Source: a virus
Lineage: Duplodnaviria > Heunggongvirae > Uroviricota > Caudoviricetes
DNA length: 42,832 nucleotides
Virus record (IMG/VR): IMGVR_UViG_2541047913_000006
Strand: one strand, 5' to 3'
Below are positions 29,139-42,832 of this stretch, one piece after another. The notes under the pieces were generated by a model. It had not been told where the DNA came from, searched no databases, and was given only the letters and a program-made list of their open reading frames with translations. The stretch's first letter is position 1. Every line of letters starts with the position of its first letter. Position numbers and translations under genes: made by a program.

Positions 29139-30101
29139 GTGAGTTCAGGTGCAAAGGTTATCTCGGCATTTATCCGGGAGACGGTTGCAGGCACTACGCC
29201 AGCAAGTGGTGACTGGAGTTTATTAAAACGCACAAGCTGGGGAGTAAAACCCACCCAGAATAAAGGCGAAAATAATGAGATTGGTGGCTCCCGGATGGCT
29301 CAGGGGGCGACGCCTGGCACTGTGGATGTCGGCGGTGATGTTGGTACCAAATTTCGCTGGGGTCAACATGATGATTTTCTTGCATCCTGTTTCGGCGCGG
29401 AATGGTCAGGCGATTCTCTGACAATGGGGAATGAGCGAATAACATTTTCTCTAGCGACCTATGCGTCCGATGTCGGAATTGCCTCTGTCGTCAGAGGAGC
29501 GCAGGTTGGCTCATGGAAAATGCAGATCCCTAACGACGGCGATATTACAGCGACCGTAACCTTTGCCGGACTGGACTGGGAATCAAAGGCCGATGATACG
29601 AATTTTATCAAAGGCGAACCTGTGGATAGTGCAGGAAAGCTACGTTATTCGTTTAAGGAGGTTTCAGCAGTAAGCCTGAATGGTGTTGCCGGAGGTAACG
29701 GTTTTTGTATCGACAGTTTTGATATTCAGTTCGATAACAAACTCCAGACACAGCGTTGTATCGGGACTGGCTCGCCTTATGCAGGAGCAAATATTCCGAC
29801 TACTTTTACACCGTCCGGTACGGTGACGCTTTCATGGTCTAAAGCCGCGTGGGAAATCTGGAGTAAAACACTGACTGGAGAAACAGTTTCGTTCAGCTTC
29901 ACGCTTTCGAATGGAGAGGGTGCATACACTTTCAGTTTCCCGAAGGTTCAGGTGTCAGGTGAATGGCCTGATGGGGGTAATAGCGACATTATCCAGGTTC
30001 AATTGAGCATTACCGCAGCAGATGAAGCACCTACGATAACCAGAAAAAAAAATTCCCCGGCTGCCGTGATCGCAAAAGCCAGTGCTGAGGCGATTAGTTG
30101 A
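29139..30101 (+). CDS. Major tail (tube) protein
   Basis: 320 aa; precedes the G/GT chaperone pair and tape measure, the conserved siphovirus order. Confidence 0.7.
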   Translation: MSSGAKVISAFIRETVAGTTPASGDWSLLKRTSWGVKPTQNKGENNEIGGSRMAQGATPGTVDVGGDVGTKFRWGQHDDFLASCFGAEWSGDSLTMGNERITFSLATYASDVGIASVVRGAQVGSWKMQIPNDGDITATVTFAGLDWESKADDTNFIKGEPVDSAGKLRYSFKEVSAVSLNGVAGGNGFCIDSFDIQFDNKLQTQRCIGTGSPYAGANIPTTFTPSGTVTLSWSKAAWEIWSKTLTGETVSFSFTLSNGEGAYTFSFPKVQVSGEWPDGGNSDIIQVQLSITAADEAPTITRKKNSPAAVIAKASAEAIS

Positions 30102-30149
30102 TTTTCCGTTATTCCTCCTGTGGTACTGCCCTACAGGGGGACGCATTGA

Positions 30150-30611
30150 ATGAGGTTATGGATGTTTATTCTTAATCAGAAAATTATCATTGGTGGAGAA
30201 CGCTGGTTTACGCCAATGAAGGACTTAAAACCTGTAGACGGGTTAAAACTGTTGGTGGCAAGCAGCGATAACGATCAGTATCGCTCCCGTAATGCATTAA
30301 TCCGTCGCCACATTGAGAAAATGGATGCCAGTTTGCACGTCGGAACGAAGGAGTTTGATATTTCAAAGGTTTCCGAGGTGGATTCTGTTGATGATTTACT
30401 CATTGATAATGCCGCTCGTTATCTGCTGAAAGACTGGAAAGGGGTTGGTGAACTGGTTAATGGTGTTGAGGTTGCACTGGAATATACGGCAGAACGAGGG
30501 ATCGCGCTGCTTAAGCAGAATCCAGAGTTGTACTGGCAGATCCTTGCAGAAGCAGCCAGCATCGCCCAGGGTAAAGAGCAGCAGAAGCAGGATACGATAA
30601 AAAAGCCATAG
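30150..30611 (+). CDS. Tail assembly chaperone (lambda gpG analogue)
   Basis: 153 aa; ends ...DTIKKP with slippery heptamer A_AAA_AAG at 30599-30605 just before its stop. Confidence 0.75.
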   Translation: MRLWMFILNQKIIIGGERWFTPMKDLKPVDGLKLLVASSDNDQYRSRNALIRRHIEKMDASLHVGTKEFDISKVSEVDSVDDLLIDNAARYLLKDWKGVGELVNGVEVALEYTAERGIALLKQNPELYWQILAEAASIAQGKEQQKQDTIKKP

Positions 30612-30952
30612 CTGCCCAGCGGTGGTTATCGGAGTTCGGGGGAGAAAGGGGGGAAAAGGCAAGATGGAAGCGAGAAAAACTCAGGTTGCCACCGATACCG
30701 GAACCAGAAATAGACCCGGTGCTTAAGGAGTTGTTGTACGCCTATTCGGTAATATCCCGTGCCCGACGTTATGCTGGAATGGCTGGGGTGCCTTTGCCTT
30801 TATCTCTGACAGAGATAAATGAATATTTAGCCACTCATCCGGTATTGATTGAGCGCGATGAATTTGAAGCAGTGATCTTTGCACTGGATGACCAGTATTT
30901 TCAGGAGCAGTGTGTAGTTGTTAATTACGTACACTCTGTTACAGAGATGTGA
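30150..30952 (+). CDS. Tail assembly chaperone G-T fusion via programmed -1 ribosomal frameshift
   Basis: The -1 frame after A_AAA_AAG (30599-30605) is open to 30952 and matches the track ORF 30686-30952; conserved G/GT arrangement upstream of the tape measure. Confidence 0.65.
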
Positions 30953-31082
30953 TGGTGTCTTTAATTAAATCGATGATGCTCCTTGAGAAAAGCATTGCGT
31001 GGCCTCGTAATCGCTATATCTACTATTATGTCGCCTGAAACCCACTTCGCGGTGGGTTTTTTGTTGTCAGGAGTTTTAATAA

Positions 31083-34000
31083 ATGGCAGAGCAAACCTCG
31101 CGTCTCGCAATAATTATTGATAGCACTGGAGCGAAAAATAATGCTGACAATCTGACCTCCTCATTAGTCAAAATGACGCAGGCTGGGGAAACTGCTGCAA
31201 ATAGCGCAGGGAAAGTGACTAAGGCAACAGAAGATGAGAAGAACGCGCTCGCAAAATTAAAAGCAGTTATTGATCCAGTTGGTGCCGCAATTGATACTGT
31301 CGGTCGACGCTATTCTGAATTAAAGAAATTTTTCGATAAAGGGCTTATTGATAAAGAAGAATATGAATTTCTTGTCCGTAAACTTAATGAAACCACAGAG
31401 GAATTGAGCGGGGTTGCGCAAGCGCAGAGAGAAGCCGAGAAGGCCGGAAAACTTGCTGCCGCCCAGCAGGAAGCGCAGGCTCAGGCCTTTCAAAGAATGC
31501 TGGACAAGATCGACCCTCTGGCTGCGGCGCTAAGAAATCTTGAACAACAGCATGATGAACTTAATGCTGCGTTTGCATCCGGGAAAATAAATGGTTCTCA
31601 GTTTGAGAATTATAGCCGAAAAATACAGGAAACACGGCGAGAGCTTACTGGAGAGGCTCAGGCAGAGCGAGAAGCAGCAAAAGCGCATGATGAACAGGTT
31701 GTTGCTTTGCAACGTCTGATTGCTCAACTTGATCCTGTCGGAACTGCTTTTAATCGTCTGGTAGAACAACAGAAACAGCTCAATGAAGCAAAAGCTAAGG
31801 GGATGCTTTCTCCTGAAATGTATGAGGAGCTTTCTGGAAAACTTTGTGCTATGCGGAGTGAGCTTGAGGTTACTCAATCACAATTAAGCAAAACCGGAAT
31901 GTCGGCAAAACAAACGGCTTTTGCTATGCGCATGTTGCCTGCACAAATGACGGATATTGTTGTTGGGTTGTCCACTGGTCAGTCGCCATTTATGGTGTTA
32001 ATGCAGCAGGGCGGCCAGCTAAAAGATATGTTCGGTGGGATTGGCCCGGCGATCAAAGGTGTAGGTTCTTATGTGCTGGGATTAATTAATCCTTTTACCC
32101 TGGCCGCAGCAGCCGTTGGGGTCTTAGGACTGGCTTACTATAAAGGCTCTCAGGAGCAGGACGAATTTAATAAATCTCTTATTCTTACCGGAAATCAGTT
32201 GGGGACAACCAGCGGGCAATTGGGCGATATAGCTCAACGTGCCGGGAATGCGGCTGATTCGACAACTGGTGCTGCGGCGGCAGTATTAAATCAGCTTGTG
32301 CGTTCGGGAAAGGTAGCGAGCAGTTCGCTGGAGCAAGTGACGACAGCGATAGTAAAAACGAGCGAAGTAACAGGAATATCAACCGAACAACTGGTTAATG
32401 ACTTCAATGAAATTGCAAAGGATCCTGTCAGTGCCATATCAAAACTTAATGATCAGTACCATTTTCTGACACTTGCGACTTATAACCAGATTAAGGCGCT
32501 ACAGGATGAAGGGAACCAGCAGGAGGCCGCCCGCATTGCGACAGAAGAATACTCATCCTCAATGATCCAGCGCACCAACCAGATTAAAGAAAATCTTGGT
32601 TATCTTGAGACTGCATGGAAAGCTGTCGCAGACTCCGCAAAATGGGCATGGGATTCCATGCTGGATATTGGCCGTGAGGCCTCCCTTGATCAAAAAATCT
32701 CAGATGTTCTCCGTCAAATTGATGAAATAGAAAAAAATACCCGACCCGGAGTTTTCGGGTTAGGTGGCATTGGAGATGGCGGAGCTCAAAATAAAAGGCT
32801 GGCACGATTAAAGCAGCAATTGGGCGTACTTCAAGCAGAAAAAATTGCTCAGGACGTACTAAATTCATCAATAAACGATTACAACAAGCGACAACAGGAA
32901 GGAATTGAACTCAGACAGAGAGCAGATGCCTTTTCAAAACAATATCAGACCCGGGAGCAGCAGAGAGCTAGTGAACTTGCAAAACTGGAAAAGCTAAAGA
33001 ATCAGTATTCAAAGGAAGAATATAATAATCTTATCGCTCAAATAAATGAGCGTTATAAAGATCCAAAGCAACCAAAGGCGAAAGGTTATTCTGATGATGC
33101 AGCCCAACGAATGATTGATCATCTGAATCAACAGAATGCGTTACTAAGTTCACAAGCTGAGTTGACCGTTAAATTAAGTTCCTCTGAACAGGAACTGGTT
33201 AAGTGGCGTCAGCGGATTGCCGACCTAGAGTCACGACCATCATCGAAATTAACCCAGGATCAGAAATCGCTTCTCTTACACCGGGAAGAAATAACCACGT
33301 TGATGGAGAAAAATGTTGCGATTGAAAAAAATAACAGGCTAATCAAGGAATCCGCCGAAATAACAGCATGGCGTGATTCATTGCAGGCTTCGATTGATAA
33401 TCGTCAGCAGGGGTATGATATTCAGATTGCTGGTTATGGGGTTGGCGATAAAAATCAGCAACGCCAGCAGGAATTACTGCGGATTGAACATGGATATAAC
33501 AATCAGCGTCTGCAACTTGAACGTGACTATGCAGATAAATCCCGTGGAATGTCAGATCATGTTTTTCAAGAGAAAATGCAGGCTCTGAATGATGCTCTGG
33601 AACGGGAAAAAGAAATTGTCAGACAGAAAAACGAGCAGCTCGATATTCAGGCAGGAGACTGGGTTAGTGGTGCCTCCCAGGGATTCAATAACTGGCTGGA
33701 TGACACTAAGGATATCAGTGAGCAGATAAAATCAACCACGACTCAGATGTTTGATGGGATGACCGATGCGCTGGGTGATTTTGTCACGACAGGCAAGGCA
33801 AATTTTCGTTCTTTCGCTACTTCCGTGATTTCGGATCTTAGTCGAATAGCATTAAAGGCTTCAATTACTGGGATTTTCGACAGCATTAGTAACAGTTCTT
33901 CTGGGGGGATTTTAGGAACTATCGGGAGTGCTATTAGTAAATTTATTCCGAATGCAAAGGGCGGTGTTTATGAGTCTCCGTCATTGAGCACGTATTCGAA

Positions 34001-34316
34001 CGGTATTTATGATTCCCCGCAATTTTTTGCTTTTGCAAAAGGGGCTGGTGTTTTTGGTGAGGCTGGACCGGAAGCCATTATGCCATTAACACGAACTTCC
34101 GATGGTTCTCTTGGTGTCAGAGCTATTAATAGTAAAAGTGGTAATGGAGGCGGAGATATTACCTATGCCCCTGTATACCAAATCACTATTCAAAATGACG
34201 GCCAGAATGGAGAGATTGGCCCTCAGGCAATAAAAGCACTTATGGGGATGGTTGATCAGCGGGTGCAGGGCAATCTGTTAAATATGCGACGTGATGGGGG
34301 AATGTTAAGTGGCTAA
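31083..34316 (+). CDS. Tail tape measure protein
   Basis: 1077 aa; long coiled-coil-rich N-terminal half; position. Confidence 0.9.
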   Translation: MAEQTSRLAIIIDSTGAKNNADNLTSSLVKMTQAGETAANSAGKVTKATEDEKNALAKLKAVIDPVGAAIDTVGRRYSELKKFFDKGLIDKEEYEFLVRKLNETTEELSGVAQAQREAEKAGKLAAAQQEAQAQAFQRMLDKIDPLAAALRNLEQQHDELNAAFASGKINGSQFENYSRKIQETRRELTGEAQAEREAAKAHDEQVVALQRLIAQLDPVGTAFNRLVEQQKQLNEAKAKGMLSPEMYEELSGKLCAMRSELEVTQSQLSKTGMSAKQTAFAMRMLPAQMTDIVVGLSTGQSPFMVLMQQGGQLKDMFGGIGPAIKGVGSYVLGLINPFTLAAAAVGVLGLAYYKGSQEQDEFNKSLILTGNQLGTTSGQLGDIAQRAGNAADSTTGAAAAVLNQLVRSGKVASSSLEQVTTAIVKTSEVTGISTEQLVNDFNEIAKDPVSAISKLNDQYHFLTLATYNQIKALQDEGNQQEAARIATEEYSSSMIQRTNQIKENLGYLETAWKAVADSAKWAWDSMLDIGREASLDQKISDVLRQIDEIEKNTRPGVFGLGGIGDGGAQNKRLARLKQQLGVLQAEKIAQDVLNSSINDYNKRQQEGIELRQRADAFSKQYQTREQQRASELAKLEKLKNQYSKEEYNNLIAQINERYKDPKQPKAKGYSDDAAQRMIDHLNQQNALLSSQAELTVKLSSSEQELVKWRQRIADLESRPSSKLTQDQKSLLLHREEITTLMEKNVAIEKNNRLIKESAEITAWRDSLQASIDNRQQGYDIQIAGYGVGDKNQQRQQELLRIEHGYNNQRLQLERDYADKSRGMSDHVFQEKMQALNDALEREKEIVRQKNEQLDIQAGDWVSGASQGFNNWLDDTKDISEQIKSTTTQMFDGMTDALGDFVTTGKANFRSFATSVISDLSRIALKASITGIFDSISNSSSGGILGTIGSAISKFIPNAKGGVYESPSLSTYSNGIYDSPQFFAFAKGAGVFGEAGPEAIMPLTRTSDGSLGVRAINSKSGNGGGDITYAPVYQITIQNDGQNGEIGPQAIKALMGMVDQRVQGNLLNMRRDGGMLSG

Positions 34317-34647
34317 TACGGAAGAATTTCACTGGTTACCAGAGGATGGAATGAAAACAGAAAATAAACCATCGATAAAAACTGTAAGATTTGGCGATGG
34401 TTATGAGCAACGAAGTCCAAATGGACTTAATCATTCTCTGCGCGTTTTCACCTGTGATTTCAAAGTTGAGGCGAATGAACGTGATTCATTTGAAAAATTT
34501 TTAGCCCGGCATGAAGGCTATAAATCTTTTTTTTGGCGCCCGCCGGGTATTAACAGAAAAATCAGAGTGGTGTGTCGAACGTGGTCAGCGACAGAACATA
34601 TCACCTATACCGATTTTTCGTGTCAGTTTGACGAAGTGGTGATCTGA
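34309..34647 (+). CDS. Minor tail protein, lambda gpM-like
   Basis: 112 aa; [16 protein letters not shown]...FFWRPPG...FDEVVI resembles lambda M. Confidence 0.85.
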   Translation: MANTEEFHWLPEDGMKTENKPSIKTVRFGDGYEQRSPNGLNHSLRVFTCDFKVEANERDSFEKFLARHEGYKSFFWRPPGINRKIRVVCRTWSATEHITYTDFSCQFDEVVI

Positions 34648-35345
34648 TGCAGGACATACAACAGGAAACGCTGAATGAATGCATTCGTGCGGAGCAGTCG
34701 GCCAGCGTGGTGCTCTGGGAAATCGACCTGACCGAGGTAGGCGGGGATCGCTACTTTTTCTGTAATGAGCAGAACGAAAAAGGTGAGTCTGTCACCTGGC
34801 AGAGTCGGCAGTATCAGGCCTATCCCATTCAGGGGAGTGGATTTGAGATGAACGGCAAGGGCAGTGCTGCCCGTCCGACACTGACGGTCTCTAACCTGCA
34901 CGGCATGATCACCGGGATGGCGGAAGATCTGCAGAGTCTGGTCGGCGGAACGGTGGTCCGGCGTAAGGTTTACGCCCGCTTTCTGGATGCGGTGAACTTC
35001 GTCAACGGAAACAGCGAAGCCGATCCGGAGCAGGAGGTGATCAGCCGCTGGCGCATCGAGCAGTGCAGCGAACTGAGCGCGGTCAGTGCCTCTTTTGTAC
35101 TGTCCACGCCGACTGAAACGGATGGCGCTGTTTTTCCGGGACGTATCATGCTGGCCAACACCTGCACCTGGACCTATCGCGGCGATGAGTGCGGTTATAG
35201 CGGTCCGGCGGTCGCGGATGAATATGACCAGCCGACGTCCGATATCACGAAGGATAAATGCAGCAAATGCCTGAGTGGCTGTAAGTTTCGCAATAATGTC
35301 GGCAACTTTGGCAGCTTCCTTTCCATTAACAAACTTTCGCAGTAA
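34647..35345 (+). CDS. Minor tail protein, lambda gpL-like
   Basis: 232 aa; C-terminal Cys cluster (CTWTYRGDECGYSG...CSKCLSGCKFRNN) as in lambda L. Confidence 0.85.
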   Translation: MQDIQQETLNECIRAEQSASVVLWEIDLTEVGGDRYFFCNEQNEKGESVTWQSRQYQAYPIQGSGFEMNGKGSAARPTLTVSNLHGMITGMAEDLQSLVGGTVVRRKVYARFLDAVNFVNGNSEADPEQEVISRWRIEQCSELSAVSASFVLSTPTETDGAVFPGRIMLANTCTWTYRGDECGYSGPAVADEYDQPTSDITKDKCSKCLSGCKFRNNVGNFGSFLSINKLSQ

Positions 35346-35350
35346 ATCCC

Positions 35351-36094
35351 ATGACAGAGACAGAATCAGCGATTCTGGCGCACGCCCGGCGATGTGCGCC
35401 AGCGGAGTCGTGCGGCTTCGTGGTGAGAACGCCGGAGGAGGAAAGATATTTTCCCTGCGTGAATATCTCCGGTGAGCCGGAGGAGTATTTCCGGATGTCG
35501 CCGGAGGACTGGCTGCAGGCCAAAATGCAGGGAGAGATTGTGGCGCTGGTCCACAGCCACCCCGGTGGTCTGCCCTGGCTGAGTGAGGCCGACCGGCGGC
35601 TGCAGGTACAGAGTGATTTGCCGTGGTGGCTGGTCTGCCGGGGGGCGATTCATAAATTCCGCTGTGTGCCGCATCTCACCGGGCGGCGCTTTGAGCACGG
35701 GGTAACGGACTGTTACACGCTGTTCCGGGACGCTTACCATCTGGCGGGAATTGAGATGCCGGATTTTCATCGCGGGGATGACTGGTGGCGTAACGGTCAG
35801 AATCTCTATCTGGATAATCTGGAGGCCACAGGGCTGTATCAGGTGCCGTTGTCAGCGGCGCAGCCGGGCGATGTGCTGCTGTGCTGTTTTGGTTCATCGG
35901 TGCCGAATCATGCCGCCATTTACTGTGGTGACAGCGAGCTGCTGCACCATATTCCTGAACAACTGAGCAAACGAGAGAGGTACACCGACAAATGGCAGCG
36001 ACGCACACACTCCCTCTGGCGTCACCGGGCATGGCACGCATCTGCCTTTACGGGGATTTACAACGATTTGGCCGCCGCATCGACCTTCGAGTGA
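35351..36094 (+). CDS. Tail assembly protein, lambda gpK-like (JAB/MPN + NlpC/P60)
   Basis: 247 aa; HSHP motif (IVALVHSHPGG) and NlpC/P60-type Cys (VTDCYTLFRD). Confidence 0.85.
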   Translation: MTETESAILAHARRCAPAESCGFVVRTPEEERYFPCVNISGEPEEYFRMSPEDWLQAKMQGEIVALVHSHPGGLPWLSEADRRLQVQSDLPWWLVCRGAIHKFRCVPHLTGRRFEHGVTDCYTLFRDAYHLAGIEMPDFHRGDDWWRNGQNLYLDNLEATGLYQVPLSAAQPGDVLLCCFGSSVPNHAAIYCGDSELLHHIPEQLSKRERYTDKWQRRTHSLWRHRAWHASAFTGIYNDLAAASTFE

Positions 36095-36633
36095 AAACGG
36101 GGTCCGAAGCCATCCGGGCGCTGGCCATGCAGATCCCGGCATTTCGTCAGAAACTGAGCGACGGCTGGTACCAGGTACGCATTGCCGGGCGTGATGCAGG
36201 TGAAACCGAATTGTCTGCCCGTCTTAATGAGCCGCTGGAAAATGGTGCCGTGATCCATATCGTGCCGCGTCTGGCAGGAGCCAAAAGTGGCGGTGTGTTT
36301 CAGGCTGTGCTGGGGGCGGCTGTTATGGCGGTTGCTATATGGATGCCGGGGGTAGGAATTATGGCGAGTAATCTGCTGTTTTCTCTCGGTGCCAGTATGA
36401 CGCTTGGCGGTGTTGCACAGATGCTGGCACCGAAAGCCAGAACCCCCCGCACACAGACAACGGATAACGGTAAGCAGAACACCTATTTCTCCTCACTGGA
36501 TAACATGGTTGCCCAGGGCAATGTTCTGCCTGTTCTGTACGGGGAAATGCGCGTGGGGTCTCGCGTGGTTTCTCAGGAGATCAGCACGGCAGACGAAGGG
36601 GATGGTGGTCAGGTTGTGGTAATTGGTCGCTGA
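35992..36633 (+). CDS. Tail assembly protein, lambda gpI-like
   Basis: 213 aa; overlaps K 3' end; C-terminus ...NVLPVLYGEMRVGSRVVSQEISTADEGDGGQVVVIGR as in lambda I. Confidence 0.8.
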   Translation: MAATHTLPLASPGMARICLYGDLQRFGRRIDLRVKTGSEAIRALAMQIPAFRQKLSDGWYQVRIAGRDAGETELSARLNEPLENGAVIHIVPRLAGAKSGGVFQAVLGAAVMAVAIWMPGVGIMASNLLFSLGASMTLGGVAQMLAPKARTPRTQTTDNGKQNTYFSSLDNMVAQGNVLPVLYGEMRVGSRVVSQEISTADEGDGGQVVVIGR

Positions 36634-36689
36634 TGAAAAACGTTTATGTGAAACCGCCTCCGGGCGGTTTTGTCGTTTATGGAGCGTGA

Positions 36690-40091
<3,402 letters not shown>

Positions 40092-40109
40092 ATTTTATAA
40101 CCCAGAACG

Positions 40110-40133
40110 GGCGTCAGAAATGACGCCTTTTTT
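40110..40133 (+). terminator. Intrinsic terminator after J
   Basis: GGCGTCA-GAAA-TGACGCC hairpin followed by TTTTTT. Confidence 0.6.
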
Positions 40134-40157
40134 ATTGCAGAAAAGCGAGAGGTAATT

Positions 40158-40757
40158 ATGCGTAAAGTTTGTGCAGCCATTTTGTCCGCAGCCATTTGTC
40201 TGGCCGTATTCGGTGCGCCTGCATGGGCATCTGAACATCAGTCCACGCTGAGCGCGGGGTATCTTCATGCCTTGACGAACGTTCCCGGCAGCGATGATCT
40301 TAACGGGATTAACGTGAAATACCGTTATGAGTTTACGGACACACTGGGGCTGGTGACGTCATTCAGCTATGCAGGAGACAAGAATCGCCAGCTGACCCGT
40401 TACAGCGATACCCGCTGGCATGAAGATTCCGTGCGTAACCGCTGGTTCAGCGTGATGGCGGGGCCGTCTGTGCGCGTGAATGAATTGTTCAGCGCGTATG
40501 CGATGGCGGGTGTGTCTTACAGCCGTGTGTCGACTTTCTCCGGGGATTATCTCCGCGTAATTGACAACAAGGGGAAAACGCACGACGTGCTGACCGGAAG
40601 TGATGACGGTCGCCACAGCAACACGTCTCTGGCGTGGGGAGCTGGCGTGCAGTTTAACCCGACCGAATCCGTGGCCATTGATATTGCTTATGAAGGCTCC
40701 GGCAGTGGTGACTGGCGCACTGACGGTTTCATCGTGGGTGTCGGTTATAAATTCTGA
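40158..40757 (+). CDS. lomR: Lom outer membrane protein (Ail/Lom family), intact
   Basis: 199 aa with signal peptide; beta-barrel OMP ending ...GFIVGVGYKF; position after J as in lambda. Confidence 0.85.
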   Translation: MRKVCAAILSAAICLAVFGAPAWASEHQSTLSAGYLHALTNVPGSDDLNGINVKYRYEFTDTLGLVTSFSYAGDKNRQLTRYSDTRWHEDSVRNRWFSVMAGPSVRVNELFSAYAMAGVSYSRVSTFSGDYLRVIDNKGKTHDVLTGSDDGRHSNTSLAWGAGVQFNPTESVAIDIAYEGSGSGDWRTDGFIVGVGYKF

Positions 40758-40783
40758 TTAGCCAGGTAACACAGTGTTATGAC

Positions 40784-40810
40784 AGCCCGCCGGTTCAGAC
40801 GGGCTTTTTT
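40784..40810 (+). terminator. Intrinsic terminator after lom
   Basis: AGCCCG...CGGGCT hairpin followed by TTTTTT. Confidence 0.6.
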
Positions 40811-40821
40811 GTGGGGTGAAT

Positions 40822-42832
40822 ATGGCAGTAAAGATTTCAGGTGTACTGAAAGACGGCACAGGAAAACCGGTACAGAACTGCACAATCCAGCTGAAAGCAA
40901 AACGTAACAGTACCACTGTGGTGGTGAACACGCTGGCCTCAGAAAATCCGGATGAAGCCGGGCGTTACAGCATGGACGTTGAGTACGGTCAGTACAGCGT
41001 TATTCTGTTGGTGGAAGGATTCCCGCCGTCACATGCCGGGACCATCACCGTGTATGAAGATTCTCAACCCGGTACGCTGAATGATTTTCTCGGTGCCATG
41101 ACGGAGGATGATGCCCGTCCGGAGGCACTGCGCCGTTTTGAACTGATGGTGGAAGAGGTGGCGCGTAACGCGTCCGCGGTGGCACAGAACACGGCAGCCG
41201 CGAAGAAGTCAGCCAGTGATGCCAGCACATCAGCCCGTGAGGCGGCAACCCATGCGGCTGATGCTGCGGACTCAGCACGCGCAGCCAGCACGTCAGCCGG
41301 ACAGGCCGCGTCGTCGGCTCAGTCAGCGTCTTCCAGCGCAGGAACGGCATCAACAAAGGCCACTGAAGCCTCAAAAAGTGCTGCCGCTGCAGAGTCCTCA
41401 AAAAGCGCGGCGGCCACCAGTGCCGGTGCGGCGAAAACGTCAGAAACGAATGCGGCAGCGTCAGAACAATCAGCCGCCACTTCTGCATCCACCGCGACCA
41501 CGAAAGCGTCAGAAGCAGCCACTTCAGCACGGGATGCGTCGGCTTCAAAAGAGGCGGCAAAATCATCAGAAACGAGCGCAGCCTCGAGCGCCAGTAGTGC
41601 AGCCTCCTCGGCAACAGCGGCAGGAAATTCCGCGAAGGCGGCAAAAACGTCCGAGACGAACGCCAGGTCTTCTGAGACGGCAGCGGGACAGAGCGCCTCA
41701 GCTGCGGCAGGCTCAAAAACAGCGGCTGCGTCATCTGCCAGCGCCGCGTCAACAAGTGCCGGGCAGGCCTCAGCCAGTGCCACCGCTGCCGGAAAGTCGG
41801 CAGAAAGTGCCGCATCGTCTGCTTCAACAGCCACAACGAAGGCTGGCGAAGCCACTAAACAGGCCAGCGCAGCAGCGAGTTCTGCTTCCGCAGCGAAGAC
41901 ATCCGAAACGAACGCGAAAGCCTCGGAAACCAGTGCAGAATCCTCAAAAATGGCAGCTGCATCGTCCGCCAGTTCGGCGGCGTCATCGGCATCATCTGCG
42001 TCTGCTTCAAAAGATGAGGCGAGCAGACAGGCATCAGCAGCGAAAGGCAGCGCCACGACGGCATCCACGAAGGCGACAGAGGCAGCTGGTAGTGCGACGG
42101 CGGCAGCTCAGAGCAAAAGTACGGCGGAATCCGCGGCAACGCGCGCCGAGACAGCAGCAAAACGGGCAGAGGATATTGCATCCGCCGTGGCGCTTGAGGA
42201 TGCAAGTACGACGAAAAAGGGGATAGTACAGCTCAGCAGTGCGACCAACAGTACGTCTGAAACGCTGGCGGCAACGCCAAAGTCAGTAAAATCAGCCTAT
42301 GACAATGCAGAGAAACGTCTGCAGAAAGACCAGAACGGCGCTGATATACCCGATAAGGGACGCTTCCTGAACAACATTAACGCGGTCAGTAAAACAGACT
42401 TTGCTGATAAGCGTGGTATGCGTTATGTGCGGGTTAACGCTCCTGCAGGTGCAACATCTGGAAAATATTACCCTGTTGTTGTTATGCGTTCTGCTGGCTC
42501 AGTAAGCGAACTGGCATCAAGGGTCATTATCACCACGGCAACGCGAACCGCAGGCGATCCGATGAATAACTGCGAGTTTAACGGATTTGTTATGCCTGGT
42601 GGCTGGACTGACAGGGGGCGTTATGCTTATGGAATGTTCTGGCAATATCAAAACAATGAACGAGCCATCCACTCAATAATGATGAGTAATAAGGGCGATG
42701 ATTTGCGCTCTGTGTTCTATGTTGATGGCGCTGCTTTCCCTGTTTTTGCGTTTATCGAAGATGGCCTGTCAATATCCGCACCTGGTGCTGATCTCGTTGT
42801 TAATGATACGACCTATAAGTTTGGGGCAACAA
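40822..42832 (+). CDS. stfR: Side tail fibre protein Stf (3' end beyond window)
   Basis: Frame open from ATG 40822 to the window end by my translation (MAVKISGVLKDGTGKPVQNCTIQLKAK...); long Ala/Ser-rich repeat region (...KTSETNA... units); not in track because it has no stop within the window. Confidence 0.8.
   Translation, partial: MAVKISGVLKDGTGKPVQNCTIQLKAKRNSTTVVVNTLASENPDEAGRYSMDVEYGQYSVILLVEGFPPSHAGTITVYEDSQPGTLNDFLGAMTEDDARPEALRRFELMVEEVARNASAVAQNTAAAKKSASDASTSAREAATHAADAADSARAASTSAGQAASSAQSASSSAGTASTKATEASKSAAAAESSKSAAATSAGAAKTSETNAAASEQSAATSASTATTKASEAATSARDASASKEAAKSSETSAASSASSAASSATAAGNSAKAAKTSETNARSSETAAGQSASAAAGSKTAAASSASAASTSAGQASASATAAGKSAESAASSASTATTKAGEATKQASAAASSASAAKTSETNAKASETSAESSKMAAASSASSAASSASSASASKDEASRQASAAKGSATTASTKATEAAGSATAAAQSKSTAESAATRAETAAKRAEDIASAVALEDASTTKKGIVQLSSATNSTSETLAATPKSVKSAYDNAEKRLQKDQNGADIPDKGRFLNNINAVSKTDFADKRGMRYVRVNAPAGATSGKYYPVVVMRSAGSVSELASRVIITTATRTAGDPMNNCEFNGFVMPGGWTDRGRYAYGMFWQYQNNERAIHSIMMSNKGDDLRSVFYVDGAAFPVFAFIEDGLSISAPGADLVVNDTTYKFGAT

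Noticed and set aside
31530-33588. Short ORFs in other frames and on the minus strand inside the tape measure gene
   Set aside because: Embedded in a 1077-aa coding region with strong positional support; no independent evidence.
41190-42140. Possible CRISPR-like array suggested by periodic repeats
   Set aside because: The repeats are degenerate, in-frame and coding (Ala/Ser/Thr-rich fibre repeats), with no unique spacers or cas genes.
41045-42226. Long ORFs in other frames and on the minus strand (41045-41836, 41216-42226, 41319-42068, 41855-42205), some Arg/Pro-rich or Ala/Asp-rich
   Set aside because: They lie inside the stf repeat region, where GC-rich repetitive codons keep alternative frames open. 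The plus-strand frame from 40822 gives a coherent tail-fibre protein, and the others are low-complexity artefacts.

Overview
This window is most of a lambdoid, Rac-type prophage of E. coli/Shigella, annotated by eye from the ORF track and my own translations; no searches were run, and K-12 comparisons are from memory. Left arm, minus strand: intR, xisR, ydaC, ralR, recT, recE, racC, ydaE, kilR, then sieB (+), ydaF, ydaG and the racR repressor. Right arm, plus strand: ydaS/ydaT, replication genes ydaU/ydaV (DnaC-like), ydaW, a P-loop NTPase gene truncated by IS1, two tandem lipoproteins with TolA domain-III-like C-termini, holin, SAR endolysin, Rz/Rz1 spanins split by an IS3 with a 3-bp GTC duplication, trkG, a ParB-like protein with a co-operonic unknown protein, then packaging, head and lambda-like tail genes (tape measure, M, L, K, I, J, lom, start of stf). 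The prophage looks defective: no Q or N antiterminator is visible, the spanins are disrupted, and two IS elements are present. The most interesting candidates are the TolA-III lipoprotein pair upstream of the lysis cassette, the ParB-like two-gene module before the terminase, the IS1-truncated ATPase remnant, and 19-bp palindromes around the start of ydaU.
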